From NCBI RefSeq assembly GCF_001447785.1, contig NW_015177038.1, forward strand, positions 575,300 to 639,299: a stretch of 64,000 nucleotides of DNA. The letters run 5' to 3'. The position numbers were made by a program, and so were the translations under genes. The notes beneath the pieces were generated by a model. That model was not told where the DNA came from. It made no database searches and worked only from the letters and a program-made list of their open reading frames with translations. Numbering within the stretch: position 1 is the first letter of the stretch; the number at the start of each line of letters is the position of its first letter. Origin of the DNA: Gekko japonicus (lineage: Eukaryota). Positions 37,863 to 50,582 of the stretch are shown here, piece after piece.

Positions 37863-37997
37863 GATCCAGGTGGGTAGCCGTGTTGGTCTGAAGCAGCAGA
37901 ACAAAGCTTTGAGTTCAGTGGCACCTTTAGGACCAACAAAGTTTTATTTATTTATAAAACTTTGGTCTTAAAGGTGCAACTGGACTCAAACTTTGTT
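37863..37997. mobile_element. Penelope-like terminal sequence in inverted (hairpin) arrangement
   Basis: GGTAGCCGTGTTGGTCTG start; arms ~37898-37945 and ~37956-37997 are reverse complements. Confidence 0.6.
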
Positions 37998-38089
37998 TCG
38001 CAAGATGTTGCATGTCTTATTATGGAAGCGGCATCAAGCATGACACCCTCTGCTACCCCACTGAGCTCAAAACCATTGCTTGCCCTCCT

Positions 38090-38535
38090 CTGCGCCGCCG
38101 AAGATGGTCCATGGGTTAAATCAACAGAGCGGTTGATCCTAGATGGGTACGGGAAACGGCGAAGGAAACAGTCAGGCCACCTTCCTGTCTTGCCCTCCTC
38201 CCTTTCCCTCGCCCCTCTCTTCCGGCAGTAAATTACAGTGGGGAAGTATCAGCAACTTGCAGCCTCGACTAAGAAGGCTGCAAAGGGACAGGTCGGTGGA
38301 TTCAGGGTCCTGGCGATTGTGCAAAATCCGGATAACCTGGCCGCGTCGAGGGCAGATCAGAAGCAGGAGACGGAGCCCTGGAAGAAGATCTCTCGCCTCC
38401 CAAGATCTGAGCCGGGGGTGTTCTCACCTGTGCAGATCATCCAAGCACCATCCTGTCATCGGGATTCCGCCCAGATCGCGGGCAGAGCCAAGTAGGAAGG
38501 CAGGGGAAAGGAGGGGAGTCATCTCAGATCGGGTA
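38090..38535 (+). promoter_or_regulatory. CpG-rich promoter / first exon of gene C
   Basis: CpG enrichment; candidate donor CGG|GTATGT at 38532. Confidence 0.6.
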
Positions 38536-40213
38536 TGTGGTCATTCTTTAGCACCCTGTCATATGAAGCTGCCTTAACACTGAGTCAAAACGCTGGACTT
38601 TCTCGTCCAGAATTATCTGCTCCCACTAACGAAGCTTTCCCCACCCAGATCTCTAGTAGAGACTGTCCCCAGCACTGCTGTCAGGGGTCCTTTAACTGGA
38701 ACTGTCAGGGATGGAGCTTGCAGTCTCTTGCATGCAAAGGAAATGCTCTGCCACGCTGGAATGCAGGGCCTTTTTGCAATGTTCTGGCTGTGAGAGAGAG
38801 AGGTGAATGCAGGTATTCTGTGCTTCTTTAAGCTTCGTCTCTAGCAGGTAACCCTTAAGATGCCATAAATGCAATTAAGTACCCCACCCTCTCCAGGCTG
38901 CACTCCCAAATCTCCAGGAATTTTCCAAAGTGGAGCCGGTAACCCTAATAGAGTCTGAAGGCAGAATTTGACATGTGCAAGGCACATGGGTTGATTAAGA
39001 ATTTTTTTAAAAAAGATGATAAAATGGGCTTTCCTGCTCACTAAAGACTCATCATTCAGTGAATGTGAGAGCAGAATAGTGTGTGTGCTTGGGGGGGGGG
39101 GGGGTTATCTGGAGTCGCTTAGCCCATGGGGAGCCCCAGAGCAGCTCTGCACAGTGCTAGGAACAAAATAGGGGTGTCACTGAAACAGGAAGGCTGGGTT
39201 GCATTTTCTAGTTACTGAAAGGAAGATGCCACAGCTCCAGCTCTCAGTCCTGAACTAGGAGGGAGGCATGTATTTTGAGAAATGCTGGAAAGAACGGCAA
39301 CATTCCTGGTTCTAGAGAAAGGGAACGGCTACTCCCGGGCTTCTGTGCTCTCACTGGGTGTATCACAGACTCAAGTCATGAGTTCCCTTTTTAGTATTCA
39401 TTCAGTCCCATAGCCTTGTCATTCTAACGTTCTTTCCTTACCAGGTCCAGGGTTGCTTTCCCCCCGTCCCCTGTCATTTCTGTTTTATTTGATACCACCT
39501 TCACCACCTTTTGTGCTATCCATAAACTGTTAACTTCATAAAGTATTTTGGAGATGGAAGGTAGCCAGCATATTACCTAGTCTACCTTCCTGCTCCAAGA
39601 TGTGTGAAAAGAGCCAACAGCAGTAGAGCTTTCGTTAGTGGGACAGTGTGGGTTGTGATGGGTGGAGTGAGGGGCTTGGGTGGGGGAAGTTCTGGGTCCC
39701 CGGTGTGAGTCCCCAGTTTTGCCACGAAAATTATTAGTTGGCCTTGGACCAGTTATTCTCCCTCAGCCTAACCTACACAGTGGTTTTCGGGGAGTGGGGT
39801 TTTGCGTAATTTCATATAGGAATGTCACCCTGGGCTTCTCAGAGAAAAAGTGGGATATAAATATGAAGGACGAATGTTTCATGAACTCGCTCAGGCAAAG
39901 GGTTTTACCTGAGGCTAGCTTCCTCGTGTATTTATTTACTTCATTTCTAATCCACTTTTTCTCACTGAAACTCAAGGCAGGTTACACAATTTAAAAAAAC
40001 CAATGCAATAAGAACGATATAATAAATACCAAATGGATTACAAAAGTTCAAGAACAGCAGGCTAAACACAGGCCAGCATGCTAAACAGTATAATGTGCAA
40101 GGAACAACGCATAGGAAATCTCATCCCTTTTCTTTCTGACAACATTCAGTAGCTGAAAAGTATACTGGCATGGCCTCCTTAAATGCCTCCCTCTAGGTTA
40201 AACATATTGCTTG

Positions 40214-40419
40214 CAGTGTTCCCTCTAAGCTGAGTTAGTGTGAGCTAGCTCACAGTTTTTTAGCCTACAGCTCACACATTTTTGTCTTAGCTCAGGAAGG
40301 ATGGCCCCAGAGCAAACTAATTTATGCAGTACCCAAATCGCTCACTCACAACTTTAATGCCAGTAGCTCACAAAGTAAAATTTTTGCTCACAAGACTCCA
40401 CAGCTTAGAGGGAACATTG
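40214..40419. mobile_element. hAT MITE
   Basis: Same TIRs; TSD (A/G)TTGCTTG. Confidence 0.92.
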
Positions 40420-41266
40420 GTTGCTTGCCCTGAATTTTTTAATTTCATCTTCGATGTCTTTATTGATTGCATTTTTCTCCCGTGCTTCCTCCACAGAACG
40501 CAAGGTATAGATCATATCATTTTTCACAACACCCCTGCATGGTAGGCCAGGCCCAGAGATGAGATTTTGCTCCAGGCCACCCAGTAAGCTTCCCAGTGAA
40601 GGTGAATCCTGGTCTCTGGAAGTCATCACAGCACAGTGGCCATTTCCCTGAGTGCCGTCTAGTTCAAGCATTCTGTCAAACAACAGACTTTTCACACAGT
40701 TCATCATACTACACTTAATAACATAAGAAGAGCCCTGCTGGATCAGACCACTGGTCCATCTTGTCCAGCATCCTGTCTCACACAGTGGCCAACCCATTGC
40801 CTTGGAGGGCCGAAAAGCAAGGCACAGAGGCCGAGACCTTCCCCTCATGTTGTCTGCTTTATACACAATCTGAGATTGATGCGGAAAATTTTCACAGCTC
40901 ATCATGCAGAATCTGGATTTTTACAAAAACTCTACCAGCTGGGTAGAACAGAATTTCCAACGGTTTTGAACTTCAATGCTGGAACAGATACATGTTAAGT
41001 GAATATTGTCCCCTTTTTTTGTGGTGGCTAAAGCTAATCACAGAACTTCCCATCAGAGCGCAATACGTTTCACGTGAGCTGATAGTGCATTATTTCTGCA
41101 CCTTTCCTAAGGATCCGATCACCACTGCGACAGTGGCTATATTGAGACTGTCAGGGAATGCGCTTCCACCGAGATCTTGGTTGGCAGCTGTTTTGGCATG
41201 GTCTTTGCACTTAGTAAAAGCTGAATTTCATTTGCAGTTCTGGGAGTGTGGAGAAGAATTTAAAAA

Positions 41267-42046
41267 ATGGAGGACCAGGACCCAACAGGATCCAAAGCAA
41301 AAGAGAAACCGGAGGCAGATCGCCCCATCGTCCATGTTAGCACAGCTGGAGACGTTCCAACAGAAACGGGTCCCCAGGACACTGAACGGGCACCAGATGA
41401 GGTGGCTTCAATAGAGACCAAACAGACAACCCCCGGGGAGGCTCCTCGAAAAGCTCAACAGGTACTGGAGGAGGTGGTCCTGCCAGAGACTGATCAGGCT
41501 CTGGAGGAAAGGACCCAGCAGCAGGACTTCCAGAAGGCAGCCAAATCTCGGAGGAAACCTCTGGTGCCTACCCGGTGGGATAACACAAAAACATTTCAGA
41601 CCTCCTTCCAGAGAACAGCTGACGCCGTCCACAGGGCTGAAGAAGACAGGGTGACTCGAACTCCGACAGATCTCAGCGGAGAAGCTACAGAAGCCTACAG
41701 CAGCTTGGGCCCCTCCCGGCAAACAAAGGATGAGCTCCTGGATGGAGAGGCCATCCGTCTGGAGCTACGGCGCCAGCAGTTCAGGCAGTTCTGCTACCTG
41801 GAGGCTGAGGGGCCCCGGGAGGTTTGCAGCCAGCTCCGGGACCTTTGCTACCGATGGCTGCAGCCAGAGAGACACACCAAAGAGCAGATCTTGGAGTTCC
41901 TGATCTTAGAGCAGTTCTTGGCCATTCTGCCGCAGGAAATGCAGCTCTGGGTCAGGAAATGGGACCCGGAGACCTGTGCCCAGGCCGTGACCCTGGTGGA
42001 GGTTTTTGCCTTGAAACTGCAAGAGAAGGAGAGATGGGACCAGCAG
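41267..42046 (+). CDS. gene C first coding exon with SCAN domain
   Basis: [55 protein letters not shown]; acceptor at 41237; CAG|GTGAGT phase-0 donor. Confidence 0.95.
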
Positions 42047-42362
42047 GTGAGTGTAGCTTATAGTGGCAATCCTGGCAAGCCCTGTAGCGAAATGCCCACA
42101 GCTGTGTGATTGTAGACCTGAGATCTATGAGTAGAGACCCACTGTTGGTATCATTCTTCCTCTTCTTAGAAGACTAACTAGACTGGGCTGGAAAACTGGT
42201 CCCATTTCCTTGCTGCCTGGCTTTAGTAGGGTTTTGAGCTGGGCCAGGGGGCTGCTCTTGGTTATGGGTGATGGTGGCAGAATTTGGCTTCACTCTTCTG
42301 GGGTGTTTTCTCTCTGAACCTTCTGGCCGTGTCCTAAACCGTGTCCCTGTTTTTTAATTCAG

Positions 42363-42474
42363 GTGCCAGGCCCACTGGAAAAGGTGGCAGCGAATTTCTC
42401 CAAAGCAAACCCCTTGAAAATGCAGCTGTACATGGTGGCCATGCAAGAGGGTGAAAGGATAGCCAGTTTGCTGG
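42363..42474 (+). CDS. gene C exon, degenerate KRAB-A-like (VPGPLEKVAANFS...QLYMVAMQE...ASLLG)
   Basis: TTTTTTAATTCAG acceptor, GTAAGG donor, phase 0 to 1, bridges the SCAN and finger exons in frame. Confidence 0.85.
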
Positions 42475-43815
42475 GTAAGGATGGACTTTGCCCTTGATTT
42501 GTGTTACAGAGTTCTCAGTGAGGAAGAATAAACCTCGTTGAGCCCCACGGGAAAGATGTTGGGGAGGTGGTGGGTGGTCACCCCTCTCAACATACTTTGA
42601 GGCTTTCAGAACAGCACAGTGAATTACAGCACCTGCCAGGGCCTACATCTATTTATTTCTTTAAAACATTTCTATCCTGCCTTATTTCCTTAAGGTGGAT
42701 AATGAAGCAACAAGAAGGTACAAACCCATGAAAACAATATGGTAGTCAGTCAATGATGAAAACAGCTCACAACATACAAACACAGCTGGACTCTCCACCA
42801 AACAGAATTTGGAAAAAAACCAACCAATTCTGCAAGCCTTCTTGAATACAGACAGTGCCTTCTGCACCCACTCTGGGAAGCCATTCCAAGGGACCAGCCC
42901 TGCCACAGGAAAAGTCTGCAACCCCATTGTTGCCAGACAGACAGTCCTGAGACAGGGTGCCACAACAAGAACACTGTCCAAAGAACACCTGGGAGATGTG
43001 GTTTGAAAAGTCTGAGGGCCTTAGGCTATCAAAGGGCTTTAAAGGTAATAAGCAGCACTTTGAATTGGGCCCAGAAGTGTCTTCAGCACTTCAGCCTGTC
43101 ATACATTGGGCCAGTTGTTTAGAATGGACTTGTGGTTGTTGTGGATATCAGGTTCAAGGGTGATCTTTAATTTGGGGACAGGGCTTTTGATAACCCTGTA
43201 TGGTTGGACCTCTAGTAAGAATGATGGTGTGCATTGTAGGGAGAAGAACACAGTGAGAGATGATTGGCCAACTCAGTTAACAATCCCCTTTCTTTTACTT
43301 CTTCCCCACAAACACCCAACATCATTTCTGAAGAGTATATTGAAATGAAGAAGGCAAATTGCTCATCAAAGCCTTTCTCCAGTTTTTTGTAGCAAGGAGT
43401 AAAATCCAGGTGTCAAGGTATTTCCTGAAGGCTTTCTGGATGCTCATTTTATGCAGTCCTGTTGTCTTACAAATACTTTTTAAAATGTTCTAAGACCCAA
43501 AACTTCTTTCAGTATTCTTATTCATCACATTTCTATCACACCCATGAGCTCAGGGTGGTGTACATGGTTGGGGCAGTCCTGTTTTTGAAAATATTACTTT
43601 TATTATCATTTGTAGTAGTTGTCTATATTGATATACAATAGAGTTCCAAACAACTTGATGCCAGAGTGTATTAAATCAAGTATTCATCTTCACAAATTGA
43701 CAGAGATTCACATGGGGGGAAAAAATTGATATCCAACACACTCGATATACTCTGTAGCTTACAAAACATTAAATTAATCTTGTGGTACTTAACTGTATTT
43801 CGTGTATGTTATAAT

Positions 43816-44021
43816 CAATGTTCCCTCTAAGCTATGGAGTCTTATGAGCAAATATTCTACTTTGTGAGCTACTGGCATTAAAGTTGTGAGCAAGCAATTC
43901 GGCTGCTGCATAAATTAGTTTGCTCTGGGGCCCTCCTTCCTGAGCGAAGAGAAAAATCTGCGAGCCGGAGGCTAAAAAACTGTGAGCTAGCTCACACTAA
44001 CTCAGCTTAGAGGGAACACTG
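43816..44021. mobile_element. hAT MITE
   Basis: Same TIRs; TSD GTTATAAT. Confidence 0.92.
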
Positions 44022-44324
44022 GTTATAATAATTAATAGCAGGAGGGAAGACAGCATAGTATAGCTCAATCTCATCAGATCTAGGAAGCTAAGCAGGGTTG
44101 GTATTTGGAAGGGAGAATACCTTGGCTCACAACCTGTAGTCTTGAGTGAGCTGGTCCAGTTGGACTCCAGGCCAGCCCTTGCATTGTACTGAATTTTAAT
44201 ATTGTTGCTGGTTATTTGCTTGTTTCATTATATTTGTGGTGTTTTCTTGTAAGATGCTTTGGGCCCTGCTAGGGAGAAAAGTAGAATGTAAATACTTAAA
44301 TCAGTGAATCCATTCTTCCAGCAG

Positions 44325-45313
44325 GTGATGTCCACATGAGTGAGAACAAAGAAGCGAATCTTCAGCCAGAAGGACCAGAGCAAGTGGATCCCAACCAGGT
44401 GTCGCTGGAAAAGGGCAAAGCAAAAGTCTTCCTGTTTCCCAAGATGGAAGGAGTGCCTGAAAGTCAGCAAGCAGTGAAAGACTGTGAGATTACTGGAATG
44501 GAAGAGACGTCTGGAAATCAGTGGCAACAGGGAAACCACCCAGAACAGGCAGTGGAAAAAAACTATCTTTCTGAAAGGGAGAAAAGTTTAAGTGAAAGCA
44601 CTTTGCAAGAGGGACTTGACCTAGATAGGAGAAAAAGGACAGGAATGGAGAGTGGGAAAAGCTCCAATCAGAGTGCTGACCCTCTTAAAAACTTGAATGT
44701 CCAGACTGGGAAAAGGCCATACAAGTGCTCCTATTGTGGGAAAATCTTCAACCATGCCTCAGCCCACTTGGTCCATGAGAGGATCCACACGGGAGAGAAA
44801 CCATATAACTGCCTGGAGTGTGGGCAGAACTTCAGTCGCAGATCACACCTTACCAGACACCACAGAATCCACACAGGGGAGAAACCGCATACCTGCTCCA
44901 AGTGCGGGAAGAACTTCAGTCGGAGATCACACCTTATTGAGCATGAGAGGACCCATACAGGAGAGAAACCATTTGCATGCTCCACCTGTGGGAAAAGTTT
45001 CAATTACCGGTCCCTCCTCAAAGAACACTCAAGGATCCACACAGGAGAGAAGCCATACAAATGCTCAGACTGTGGAAAGAGCTTCAATCGAAGAGAGAGC
45101 TTTATCATCCATGAGCGGACTCACACAGGGGAGAAGCCATATGAGTGCCTAGACTGTGGGAAAAGATTCAGTCAGCGATCAAACATTACTACCCATGAGA
45201 AAACTCACATGGGAGAGGGAAAATATAAATGTGCAGAGTGCGGGAAAAGCTTCTGCAATTCCACTAGCCTCCTTAGACACCAGAAAATCCATGCAGAGGA
45301 AAAGCCATGTTAA
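44325..45313 (+). CDS. gene C terminal exon: 7 C2H2 zinc fingers
   Basis: TTCTTCCAGCAG acceptor in phase 1; seven fingers; TAA stop; spliced product 626 aa. Confidence 0.95.
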
Positions 45314-46470
45314 AACATTCAAATGCGCAGGAACAAGGACACAAGGTGGTCTTTGCAGTACTGGGACACTTCAAATGGCAGGTGACAGGTCACATGACTG
45401 AGGGCACTCCATGATAACAAGTAAAACAACCTTGCATGTTGAAAGCTAGCATTTCAGGGAAATAAGTTTTAGCCTAGCCACTTCCTTCATGGGCAGAGGA
45501 GCATCCCAGGCCTATACCGTGATCTTCCTGCCCATTTGAATCCAAATTTACTAAAAGGGAAAGCTCTGTAAGTAGCCTGAGGTTAGACTGTAAGAAGGAA
45601 AACATAGTAGTGAAACTATTCACAATGGACTGGTAAGGAAAATGTCAGTGTATAAAACAACAACCTCCAAGCTGTAGAAACATCTTGATCCAGTTCCACT
45701 GACCTTGTGCCCCCATGTTGTTACAATGTCAGCTATGGAAGACAAAGATCAGCACTCATAAGCCATGCTGTAGTGCGAGAACTGAGGCAGATCTCTGATG
45801 CTGTTGTCTTTGATGGGACCAGACCCTTCCATGCTAACTCCCATCATACTGACCACCAGAAAACCTGGTTCAGGTGCTGAATATGGCGTGAACTGTCCTG
45901 GTGTTTTCTGCCTGCCCAATTATGCACTAGTAAAATAGCAAGGAAATGTCCCTGAGCTATTGAGAAACTTTATTTTATGTCTACATATGCAATTGCCAAT
46001 AGGTTATGTGATGTCAGTGGCTGTCTTGGTGGCATTCTTCTTTTATATATTGCATTTCTTTGCATCCCCACATGCTGGGTTTGGGGATGGGCACATCCTT
46101 GTGTCTCCGTTTGTGAGTGGGTGGTTGAGAAGTGTGCAGCTGCCTGCACATGATGGCATGCCATACCTTTCCTTCAAGCCCAGTCCGTCAACCTTTCCAT
46201 CCCTAACCTTGTTTTATATACCTTTGTCAAGCTATTACAAATGCAGTTCTCCAAAGTGAAAGGAGAAAAATACACTGCAGCTGCAAGGACACATGGAAAT
46301 GTCCCATAGTATTGGCTGGTGTATTTTCACTGCACCCAAGACTGTCTTCCAAACTAGTCTTTTACTCCTCTGTGATCCCCTCAAGTATCCACTATAAAAC
46401 ACAGCTCGATAAATTCATTGTAGCAAGGAGAGTGTCACATTCTAACAGGTGATTCCAGAGGAGTAGATGA

Positions 46471-46612
46471 CCGAATGGTCATCGTAAGTAATCAGTGGAA
46501 GGTGACGGATAACATAGGGAGAGTGCAGGGAGAATAGAAACCCGAATGGTCATCGTAAGTAATCAGTGGATGGTGATGGATAACATAGGGAGTGTGCAGG
46601 GAGAATAGAAAC
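46471..46612. repeat. 71-bp tandem duplication
   Basis: CCGAATGGTCATCGTAAG...GGAGAATAGAAAC twice, three substitutions. Confidence 0.95.
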
Positions 46613-49018
46613 ACATGGCATCCTGCCTTTTTCTCCTTCCCTTTCACTTAAATTTCCTCTCATATTCTAGTATGTTCTGGCCAAACAAATTCTCCAAACA
46701 AAAATATCTTTGTACTGAACTGGATTCCCTGGAAAGTGCTAGTTTTCTATGATGCCAGAAGCAGCATGGGAGAACGTTCTGTAGTCCTCTGAATGGGAGC
46801 TATTCTTGAAAGGTAAATTGCATGTTTAGGAAGTGAAGTTAATTGCTTTGCATTGTTGCAAGTAGTATTTTATCTGCCAACATAGCTCTGCCTGGGTCAT
46901 AATAGTGAGACAAAATGCATCCATGTATTTAAGAGCAATCTGTCACATGTTTATCCCCCCCTTCCTCCAAGGAGTTCTGGGTAGCATACATGATTCACAT
47001 TTCCTACATGACATTGATTCAGATTCATTGAGCTCCATGGCCAAGTGGAGATCAGAGTTCAGGTCTTCCCAGTCACTGCCTCTTAAGACAGATTTCTTAG
47101 ACAAAAGTGTATGTATGTGCCTAGGGCTGGGGAAAAAGTTTCATATACCAGAATCAAATTTTCAAGAGCCAGCAGAAGCTTGTTGGACACTGGCTGGGTG
47201 GTGGAGCATTTGCTTGGAGTACAGAAGGCCCAAAGTTCAGTCCCCTGGCATTGCCAATTAAAAAGATCCGGTAGTAGATGCTGTGAAAAAGACCTTGGCT
47301 TAAGACCCCGAAGAGCTGCTGCCAATCTGAATAGACAATATTGATCTTGATTCAGTATAAGGCAGCTTCATGTATTCAAATACGCTCGTGGTGACTCAGT
47401 TCCACTCTCCAATCCACTATCCCTGGGTAGTGTGTTTTTAAAAATAACATTCCTCTTAATCATCAGTATGAGACTTCTAGGTTGCACTCTTTTATACAGT
47501 TACTTGGGTGGAGGCCTTGTGCTACTCACGGGGACTTAGACCTGGTTCATGTGTGCAAGAGAATGAGAGGGCAGCAGAGATCAGAGCAAAGGGAAAGATT
47601 CTGCCCCCTGTCTTTGCTTGTTTTGCCAGTTTCCTGTTTGCCAGGGAGTTGTCAGCATAGGGAAACATCCCCAAATGTGATATTTCACCTGCGGTGTGAA
47701 GTGGTACTGTCCATTCTACCAACTCGACATTCTACTACTTGAGAGTACACAGAAAGCTGCCTTATACGGAGTCAGCCCATTGGTCCAGCAAAGTCAGTCT
47801 TGCCTCCCCTGACTAGCAGCATTTCCCTGTGAATCTCAGGTGGAGGTCTTTCCCATCCCCTACTGCCTGAGCCTTTTAAGAAGCATGTTGGGGAATGAGC
47901 CCTGGAACTGTCTCCATATAAAACAGGTGCTCTGCCACTGAATCACACTCCAACCTCACCCTTTTGCATGTGTGAACCAGGCCTTACTCCTGACATCACA
48001 TGCATAGAATTGGGCTACATGATAGAATGCCAGACATGAGTGGTTTCTACAGGCTTCTACTTGCTGTCAATTGCAGTTCACTATAAGAAATCTGTAGGAG
48101 ATCTGGGGGCAAAAGGGGGCCTTCGCTGTCCACTCAGATTTGTACTCTCTGTGACCGCCCTTCATTTAAAAGAACAGCTTCCAGCACTGTAAACACCATC
48201 TGTGGCTGTCACATCTGGGTATGAAGGTAGAATGCAGTGGTACAACACTAAGGAAGGGAGAGTGAAAGGCACCATTCCAGATTGGAAGTTTGAATGCTCT
48301 AAAAAAACACCTCTCTGCAAAGAGAAAAACAACAGGCTGGGCAAATCGTTGGAATATTACTTTTTGCTCTGATGTGCTAGTTTCCCATTCTGCAGAGAGG
48401 TTTTTGAGTGTGTTCTTAAGGCTGCTTCCACCCAGAGGTTTTTCTCTGCCTTCACTTCTTATCTGGAGCCCTTGGAGGGGAGGGAGCATCGGGGTGACCT
48501 CATGCTCCAATTGTCCTTTCTAGATTTTAACCACCCTCTGTATGCTTTTTCCCAAAGCTGCTTTAAATCAATCTGTTTGGAATGGCTTCAAGTACATCAG
48601 CACATCATGTGGAACAAATAGTACAGGGTTTCCTCCTACAAAGGACCCATCCACATCGGCTCTTGTTTTCCTCCCATGGGCCTCTTGCAGATGCCATTTT
48701 CCCAGTATTATTTTCCTGCTGTTCATTCTTACAAGCCTTGCTTTTCTCTACATTAAGGCCCCCAAATAGTTTACAATTTCCTTCTCCTTTCCTGCATTTT
48801 ATCCTCACAACAGCAGGCCCTTGAGGTCGGTTAGACTGAGAGAATGAGTGTTCGGCCCAAGGTCACCCAGCCAGGTTCTAGAGCATGAGTGGAGATTCGA
48901 ACCTGCATCTCCCACACAGAGTTCCCAAAAGCGGGGTGGGGGGTGGGGGGCGGATAATGTAAAAATTAAAATCACTGCAACATCCTCATCCTTTCCTGGC
49001 AGCCAAGAAGTCCTTCTT

Positions 49019-49034
49019 CCAGCAGAGGGCGCTG
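49019..49034 (+). promoter_or_regulatory. CTCF-like motif
   Basis: CCAGCAGAGGGCGCTG, close match to the CTCF core. Confidence 0.6.
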
Positions 49035-49349
49035 CTTGTTTCTGGCTGCCTAGAGGATTTTGCTTTTCCCGACTACCAGAACGGATGCTCTTCCTGGGTT
49101 GTCCAAAGGCTGCCAACTGGTGCGCTTTCTAACCCAAGCACGAAGTAAGTCCCAAGCACGAAGTAAGGATTATTTCCACACTGTATGTTGGGCGAAAGAT
49201 TCTGAGGAGTGGACCCTAGCGGGAACTGCCCCTCCTTGTATTGAACAAGCCTTTACATACGTAAATAAATGCTTTCAGGAGATATGCCAGAACGAAGGAG
49301 GCATTCACTGACAAAAGTAGACTGGAAAAATTGAGGGTGATGAGACCCA

Positions 49350-49730
49350 TCAGATGCGCGAGAAAAAGAAGCGTTGGTTTCTTTAAACTGAAAGAAAGTG
49401 AGCGGTGAGGCTTTTTCGTGGGAGGGCATTTGGTGCGTGCGGGGAGGCTGACTGATCCATCGGGATGAGANNNNNNNNNNNNNNNNNNNNNNNNNNNNNN
49501 NNNNNNATGTCCCAGTGGAGAAAAAAGGGGGGGGGGGGGGGGTTGGGGAACCCACGGAGTGGCTTCGAGGACGAGGACAGGTCGAGGAACGGCTACTTCC
49601 CATGAATGCAAAAAGGAGCCTCCGCGTCCAGAGGCCATGGGCTCCTGAATACCCGCCGCTAGAGAGGAATGGCGGTCAGAGACCTTAATCTCTTGTTGAG
49701 GGAGGAGGCTTCTCGGGGCAAGCTTGTTGG
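49350..49730 (+). promoter_or_regulatory. CpG-rich promoter / first exon of gene D (contains a 36-N gap at 49471-49506)
   Basis: CpG enrichment upstream of gene D exons. Confidence 0.55.
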
Positions 49731-50085
49731 CCACTAGGGTTGCCAGCCTCCAGGTGGTGGATGGAGATCTCTTGCAAGTTGCAACTAATCTCCAGCCCGC
49801 AATAGAGATCTGTTCACCTGGAGAAAATGGCCGCTTGGGAAGGTGGATTCTTTATACCCCACTGAAGTCCCTCCCCGAACACGCCCTCTCCTGGCCCCAC
49901 CCCCAAAATCTCCTGGTACTTCCCCAAGCTGGAGCTGGCAACCACTGTGGTGGGAAACCGGGTGCTGAACTAGGCAGACCCTCTTGGTCTGATCCAGCCG
50001 GGGCTTTTCGTGGCTGCTGATGGTGATTCGTTTTTCTGTTTCATTAAGGTAGCTTCTTTGGTCGTGAATGCATAGGGTCACCAAT

Positions 50086-50291
50086 CAGTGTTCCCTCTAA
50101 GCTGAGTTAGTGTGAGCTAGATCACAGTTTTTTAGCCTCCAGCTCACACATCTTTGCCTTAGCTCTGGAAGGAGGGCTCCAGAGCAGACTAATTGATGCA
50201 GGAGCCAAATGGCTCGCTCACAACTTTAATGGCAGCAGCTCACAAAGTAGAATTCCTGCTCACAAGACTCCACAGCTTAGAGGGAACATTG
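50086..50291. mobile_element. hAT MITE
   Basis: Same TIRs; near-TSD GTCACCA(A)T. Confidence 0.9.
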
Positions 50292-50502
50292 GTCACCATA
50301 AATCGGTAGTGACTTGACAACACATACATTAGATAAACGGGTAAGTATGAGAAGTCACGGGGGGGGGGGGCCAACTGACAGTATCATTTTCCATCCATAA
50401 AAACTAGTCTTCTTAAATATGCATTGTACCTTTACAAGGATCCATTACAGCACCCCTTCCACTTTCTGACTAGAATATAAAAACTCAAATCTCCATTCCT
50501 AC

Positions 50503-50582
50503 TTGTGTCTGATGAAGGGAGCTTTGACTCTCGAAACTAATATCCTGAACAACTTGTTGGTCTCTAAGATGCTGCTGGACAC
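50503..50582 (+). mobile_element. Penelope-like terminus with degenerate hammerhead core
   Basis: CTGATGA-A-GGGAG..CTCTC-GAAA then TTGTTGGTCTCTAAGATGC. Confidence 0.6.
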
